From positions 1 to 21,953 of the forward strand of contig JANOQV010000153.1 of assembly GCA_031414955.1 (NCBI GenBank): a stretch of DNA of 21,953 bases, written 5' to 3'. Below are positions 17,506 to 21,953 of the stretch, piece by piece. Each line of letters opens with the position of its first letter. The stretch's first letter is position 1. The translations under genes were made by a program, and so were the position numbers. The notes under the pieces were generated by a model, which was not told the origin of the DNA, made no database searches, and saw only the letters and a list, made by a program, of their open reading frames with translations. Source of the DNA: Pedosphaera sp. GTDB lineage: Bacteria; Verrucomicrobiota; Verrucomicrobiia; Limisphaerales; SIBH01.

Positions 17506-17516
17506 ATTGAGGTTGG

Positions 17517-19619
17517 TTACTGTTTGCGGCGTGAAGAGCGGAACACTCGCATCGCCGCGATCAGGCCGAGCATCAACGGGCCAACCGGTCCGGAGCCGCC
17601 GCCGCCGAAGTTGAAGTCCACACTCCGACTGGGTGAACTGGATGAAGGGGCAGGTGCGGGCGTCGCGCTGCGCTGCGCCGGTGTTGAGGGCGTGCCGGGC
17701 GCAAACGTCTGCGTCGGAGTCGCCGAGGCGAGCTTCATCTCCTTCGCCTGCGGCCCGAGGTCGGCCACGGCCTTGCCGCGGATCTTCTCGAACTCCACGC
17801 GCACCACCTCCTGCGCCTTCCGGTCCCGGTCGCTGCGCAGCACGTTGTTGCGCGCGATTTTCCAGCGTTGGAACTCGGCGTCGTTCTCCAGCACGAGGAA
17901 CGAGGTGTATTCGGTCACGATGGAATACGCCTCGCCGAGGCGCACGATCTCGGGAGCCACGCTCTCGCGACTGCCCGCGCGGTCGGCGTCCTTGAGCAGC
18001 GCGTCGATGCGATGCCAGGCCCACATGCGCTCCAGTTCCGGGTTGGCGGATTCGTTCTTCGGGAACTCCAGTTGCGCCGTCTTCTTGAACTCCATCCCGT
18101 TGATGCTGCCGCGAATTTTCACGTCCGCCACCCCGCCACTTTTGTAGCGGCCATAGACGCGCACCGGCGTGCCGTGAAACAGATTCGGCAGGGTCTTCGG
18201 TTCCAACTCGCTGACCTCGATCCCGGCGAGCTCGAACTTCAAATCCGACGCCACCGGGCGCGTGAGCTTGCGGCGGAACGCCTTGGCCTGGCGGGCGAAG
18301 TTGTCATCGGGCGAAAGAAACGCGGCCAGCCCGCCCGAATCCTGCGCCATCTGCTCGAGCAACGGGCGGTTCACGTCGTTGCCCACGCCGATGCAGAAGA
18401 CGCGCGCGCTGCGCGGCCGTTCGCCGATCAGTTGCAGCAAGGTCCGGCGCTCCTGTTGCTCGGTGAGTCCGTCGCTGAAGATAATGACGTTCAACGGACG
18501 ATCGGCGCTGGCGTATTTGTAAGCAGTCGTCACGGCGGGATTCAGCACCGTGCCTCCGCGCGCCTGCTGCGAGGAAAGAAACGCCTGCGCTGCTTCCTTG
18601 GTTTGCGCATGGGCGGCGCGCAGTTCCTTGAAGGCCAGGTTCGGCTGCACGTTAAAGGTGATGATCTCGACACGATCCTGTTCGCCCAGTTCGTTGATGA
18701 ACGAGCCGATGGAATCCTTCGAGAGCAGCAGCTTGCCGTCCTGAGCCATGCTGCCGGAGATATCGAGCAGGAACACGTAGTCCATGCCGGTGTCGAGCTT
18801 GGCCAGGTCTTCGCCCGCCGTGAGGGTGAGCGAGAAGTAACCGTCCTCACCGGCGCGCTTCGTCGCCACGAGATCGAATCCAGTTTTCGGCCGCGCCAGT
18901 TGATACGAGATCACGATGTCGCGGGCGAGGCTGCCCTCCTTCGTCTCCAGGCTGGCCTGGTGCAGCGTGTCGGTGTGTTTCGCCACCACGAAGTCCTTCG
19001 CGTGACTCGGGCTTTCCACGAGGCTGAGCGGGATGGCCGACTTCACCTCGACGTTGAAGGCAAAGCGCCCGGTGGTCCTGGAGTCCAGCCCCTTCCGCGT
19101 CGCCGTCGCGAGCGGATAAACGTAGGTGGCCGTGTCGTGGTCCACGTCGAGTTCCTGATAGTAGGTGAGCTGGACCTTCTGATCCGCGTTCGGCGCGATG
19201 GGAAAAATGCGCATCTCGAAGGTCTTGAAATCCACCTGCTCCAGCAGGCCCGGATCCCGGCGCGTCTGTTTGTAGCTCTCGTAGATTTCCCGGGCGCGCT
19301 TCTTCTCCAGGACTTCGCCCACCATCTCCTTGCCGTTGATCCACATGGTGAAGTTCGCCACCGACGCGCCCTTGGGCACCGGGAAGGTGTAGAGCGCCTC
19401 GACCTGCCGGCTCTCGGTGTTGTGGAAGACCTGGGTGATCTTCGTCACTGCGATGCCGTTGTTGATGGTGACCTGCACGTCGTGCTCCTTCACTTCGAGC
19501 ACGCCGCCGAATCCGCCGTCCGCGATGAGCAATCCGGCGGCCCGTGTGGACGGAGCCACCAGCACGCCGACGGCGAGGAGCGCCGCGGCCAGTGTCTTTC
19601 GAATCATTCCAAGTTTCAT
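17517..19619 (-). CDS. VIT + von Willebrand A domain surface protein with GlyGly-CTERM sorting signal, 700 aa
   Basis: Signal peptide; VIT (TQVFHN...EALYTFPVPKGASVANFTMWING); vWA MIDAS (FLLDISGSM, GGT, IFSDG); Pro/Ser/Thr linker; tail NFGGGGSGPVGPLMLGLIAAMRVFRSSRRKQ. Confidence 0.92.
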   Translation of the reverse strand: MKLGMIRKTLAAALLAVGVLVAPSTRAAGLLIADGGFGGVLEVKEHDVQVTINNGIAVTKITQVFHNTESRQVEALYTFPVPKGASVANFTMWINGKEMVGEVLEKKRAREIYESYKQTRRDPGLLEQVDFKTFEMRIFPIAPNADQKVQLTYYQELDVDHDTATYVYPLATATRKGLDSRTTGRFAFNVEVKSAIPLSLVESPSHAKDFVVAKHTDTLHQASLETKEGSLARDIVISYQLARPKTGFDLVATKRAGEDGYFSLTLTAGEDLAKLDTGMDYVFLLDISGSMAQDGKLLLSKDSIGSFINELGEQDRVEIITFNVQPNLAFKELRAAHAQTKEAAQAFLSSQQARGGTVLNPAVTTAYKYASADRPLNVIIFSDGLTEQQERRTLLQLIGERPRSARVFCIGVGNDVNRPLLEQMAQDSGGLAAFLSPDDNFARQAKAFRRKLTRPVASDLKFELAGIEVSELEPKTLPNLFHGTPVRVYGRYKSGGVADVKIRGSINGMEFKKTAQLEFPKNESANPELERMWAWHRIDALLKDADRAGSRESVAPEIVRLGEAYSIVTEYTSFLVLENDAEFQRWKIARNNVLRSDRDRKAQEVVRVEFEKIRGKAVADLGPQAKEMKLASATPTQTFAPGTPSTPAQRSATPAPAPSSSSPSRSVDFNFGGGGSGPVGPLMLGLIAAMRVFRSSRRKQ

Positions 19620-19669
19620 AATTTCTCGTTTGCAGGCGGCTGGTTGATTCCAGCGCGCCGCAAAACACA

Positions 19670-19686
19670 TCCACATCTCGTGCCAA
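19670..19686 (-). promoter_or_regulatory. sigma54 (-24/-12) promoter candidate for the VIT-vWA/rhombosortase operon
   Basis: TTGGCACGAGATGTGGA vs consensus YTGGCACGrNNNTTGCW: perfect -24 box, deviant -12 (GTGGA); 50 nt upstream of ATG; divergent sigma54 activator next door. Confidence 0.65.
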
Positions 19687-19778
19687 GCCAGCGTTTGCGG
19701 CCCGGCGCTCGGAATCGCGACCAAAACCAGGGGAATCAGAGGTGGAAGCCGTTGCCAGGAAAAGCTGGGCGGAACAGC

Positions 19779-19809
19779 CATCGACATTTTATGCCGATGC
19801 TGACAGCAT
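19779..19809. promoter_or_regulatory. Overlapping palindromes; candidate enhancer (UAS) sites for the sigma54 activator
   Basis: CATCGACAT-TTT-ATGCCGATG (8/9) at 19779-19799 and perfect ATGCTG-A-CAGCAT at 19797-19809, about 95-125 nt upstream of the -24 box. Confidence 0.5.
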
Positions 19810-19816
19810 TAATTGC

Positions 19817-21313
19817 ATGGCAACTAACCTGACCGCCACCGAGCGGCAATTCTTCCGGGAAGTCTCGGCGGCGGCTTTTGCCAATCCCTTCAGCTCGCAG
19901 CGTCTGGAACTCGACCGGAAGATTGCCGGCACCAGCCTGGGCGAGCCGGAACGCATTCACCGGCTCCGGGATGCGGTCAGTTCACGGGTGGCCAAGCTGG
20001 AACAGTCGGGCCGCGCCCATTTGAAGCACTACGGCGGTGAGGAAGCCCTCGTGATGCGCAACGTGTTTCTCTTCGAGTGTTACCACTGCCAGTGCGATGC
20101 CCTGGACGAGTTGATCGAGGATCAACTCAAGGCCGGCGACCAGCCCTGCGCCGTGCGGTTCGGGCGCGAGGCGCTCGGCCAGCTCGCGCAGCGCGGTTTT
20201 GCCGAGGAGGAGGCGTTGCGGTTCTTCGGCATCTTCTTCCAACTGCGCCGCGCGTATCACTTCATCATCCATGGACTGACCGGCGACAGCGCCTCAATGC
20301 ACGAACTGCGGCGTCATCTCTGGAACAACGTCTTCACCCACGAGATTCGCTGGTACGAACGCCACCTCTGGAACCGGCTCGAAGATTTCTCCACGCTGCT
20401 GCTCGGCGAAACCGGCACCGGCAAGGGCACCGCCGCCGCCGCCATCGGCCGCGCCGGGTTCATTCCCTTCGATGCGGGGCGCAACCGCTTCGTCGAGAGC
20501 TTCACGCGCAGCTTCGTCTCGCTGAACCTCTCGCAATTTCCCGAGACGCTCATCGAGTCCGAGCTGTTTGGCCACAAGCGCGGCGCCTTCACCGGCGCGG
20601 TCGAGGCCCACGAAGGCGCGCTCGCGCGGTGCAGCACGCATGGCTCGATCTTCCTCGATGAGATTGGCGACGCCTCGGTGCCGGTGCAGATCAAGCTGCT
20701 CCAGGTGTTGCAGGAGCGGACATTTTCCCCCGTGGGCGGCCACGACAAATTGCGCTTTCGCGGACGCGTGATCGCCGCGACCAACCATCCCCTCGAACGG
20801 CTCCGCGCCGAGAAGCTGTTCCGCGATGATTTCTTCTACCGGCTCTGCTCCGACGTCATCACCCTGCCGCCGTTGCGCCAGCGGCTGCGCGAATCACCGG
20901 GCGAACTGGACGCGCTGCTCCAAAGCGTGATCGAGCGCATGACCGGCGGCACGGCGATCGAGCTGGTGGAGTTTGTGCGCGAGCGGTTGCTCAAGTCGGT
21001 TGGGCGGGACTACGACTGGCCCGGCAACGTGCGCGAACTGGAACAGGCCCTCCGCCGCATTCTCGTGACCGGAAGCTACGAGCCGCAACGGGTTCATTCC
21101 CACGACGCCCTCTCCGCTCTGCCGCAACGCATCCGTGCAGGAAACATCGACGCGGATGAACTGCTCGCGACCTTTTGCGCGGCGCTTCACGAGCGCTTCG
21201 GCACCTTCGAGGAAGTCGCGCGTCGGGCCAACCTCGACGCCCGCACCGTGAAGCGTTACCTCGCGCAGCATGGCGAACGGAAAGGCGGGACCGCACCGGC
21301 GCGTGCCGGCTAG
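19817..21313 (+). CDS. sigma54-dependent transcriptional activator (bEBP AAA+) with unrecognised N-terminal domain, 498 aa
   Basis: Walker A GETGTGKG, ESELFGHKRGAFTGA, IFLDEIG, QIKLLQVLQE, RVIAATN, FRDDFFYRL, YDWPGNVRELE, C-terminal HTH (FEEVARRANLDARTVKRY). Confidence 0.95.
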   Translation: MATNLTATERQFFREVSAAAFANPFSSQRLELDRKIAGTSLGEPERIHRLRDAVSSRVAKLEQSGRAHLKHYGGEEALVMRNVFLFECYHCQCDALDELIEDQLKAGDQPCAVRFGREALGQLAQRGFAEEEALRFFGIFFQLRRAYHFIIHGLTGDSASMHELRRHLWNNVFTHEIRWYERHLWNRLEDFSTLLLGETGTGKGTAAAAIGRAGFIPFDAGRNRFVESFTRSFVSLNLSQFPETLIESELFGHKRGAFTGAVEAHEGALARCSTHGSIFLDEIGDASVPVQIKLLQVLQERTFSPVGGHDKLRFRGRVIAATNHPLERLRAEKLFRDDFFYRLCSDVITLPPLRQRLRESPGELDALLQSVIERMTGGTAIELVEFVRERLLKSVGRDYDWPGNVRELEQALRRILVTGSYEPQRVHSHDALSALPQRIRAGNIDADELLATFCAALHERFGTFEEVARRANLDARTVKRYLAQHGERKGGTAPARAG

Positions 21314-21369
21314 TTCCAGGTGGCTGGCCGGCCGATGCGTCGGTCGTCACCACGGGGCGGCGGGCGCGA

Positions 21370-21759
21370 CTAAGACTCCGCGTCCATCTCAAATTTCGGA
21401 ATCCGCGTCAGCACGCGGCGGCCCTGCTCGTCCAGGCCGATGTAGCTGCCTTCCGCCTCGGCCGTGGTGGTGTCATTCAGATGAGCGCTGTTATAGGAAA
21501 AGGTGTCGCCCGGCTCGATACGCGGGAACTGTCCCACCACGCCGTCTCCCTCCAAGGCCATGATTTCGCCGCGCGAATTGCGCACCACCCATTTGCGCCC
21601 CTTGATGGTCACGGCCACGTCGCTGTCGTTGTGAATGGTGATGAAATAGGCAAAGCAATGCGGCCGGTCCGGCGGCGTCTGCGCGTCGCGCAGATGCACT
21701 ACGCGATCCACCGTCACATGCAGTCCGGGCAGTTCGAGGAAGTCTGTTTTCACGTTCAC
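21370..21759 (-). CDS. apaG: ApaG family protein
   Basis: FAYFITIHN, GRKWVV, EGDGVVGQFPRIEPGDTFSYNS, EGSY, IPKF; start GTG 21759 or 21753. Confidence 0.9.
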   Translation of the reverse strand: MNVKTDFLELPGLHVTVDRVVHLRDAQTPPDRPHCFAYFITIHNDSDVAVTIKGRKWVVRNSRGEIMALEGDGVVGQFPRIEPGDTFSYNSAHLNDTTTAEAEGSYIGLDEQGRRVLTRIPKFEMDAES

Positions 21760-21847
21760 GCCGGCAATGTAGCCGGAGTGCGGGCGCGGCTTCACGCGCT
21801 AATCCCGAATTCCGAGACCGGAAGGGCGGGCCAGGCCACTGGCCGTG

Positions 21848-21953
21848 CTAAGAGCCTGTCTGAAAAGTAGGAGGCGGAGTGCGCCCGTCCTCGGGCGCAG
21901 CAAGGTGATGACTGGGAGCGCGTCGGAAAAACCCATACCCGCTGAGGTTCGCA
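21848..21953. repeat. Left end of a repeat/MITE-like element with a REP-like hairpin (runs off the right edge)
   Basis: CTAAGAGCCTGTCTGAAAA resembles an IS-type terminal repeat after a TAA site; perfect hairpin TGCGCCCG-TCCT-CGGGCGCA at 21880-21899. Confidence 0.5.

Noticed and set aside
17868..19832. 654-aa plus-strand ORF
   Set aside because: Antisense shadow of the VIT-vWA gene, as expected in high-GC DNA.

Overview
GC-rich bacterial window, probably Verrucomicrobiota (Pedosphaera/Limisphaera-like; inferred from the DUF1501, Ser/Thr-kinase-linked ECF and palindromic repeat content). Left to right: partial zinc-ribbon Ser/Thr kinase with its ECF sigma factor, an orphan 169-aa protein, a HEAT-repeat protein, a secreted ceramidase-like hydrolase, a small membrane protein, a ~200-bp TA-flanked MITE, a Tat/DUF1501 protein, a DHFR with a long His-rich insertion, and an RfaH-like NusG paralog. 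Two multi-gene systems follow. (1) 9105-16773 is a candidate trans-envelope signalling module: FecR-TPR-beta-barrel outer-membrane receptor, CHASE2-Ser/Thr kinase, Ig-domain lipoprotein and ECF sigma, with two back-to-back promoter-like motifs of the same pattern (GTGAAAGATTT-N12-CGTAT) and an unannotated 58-aa Thr-rich ORF. (2) 16733-21313 is a sigma54 activator divergent from a VIT-vWA protein with a GlyGly-CTERM tail and an adjacent rhombosortase, with a -24/-12 promoter and palindromic enhancer candidates. The window ends with apaG and the edge of another repeat/IS-like element. All family calls come from motif recognition by eye; no searches were run.
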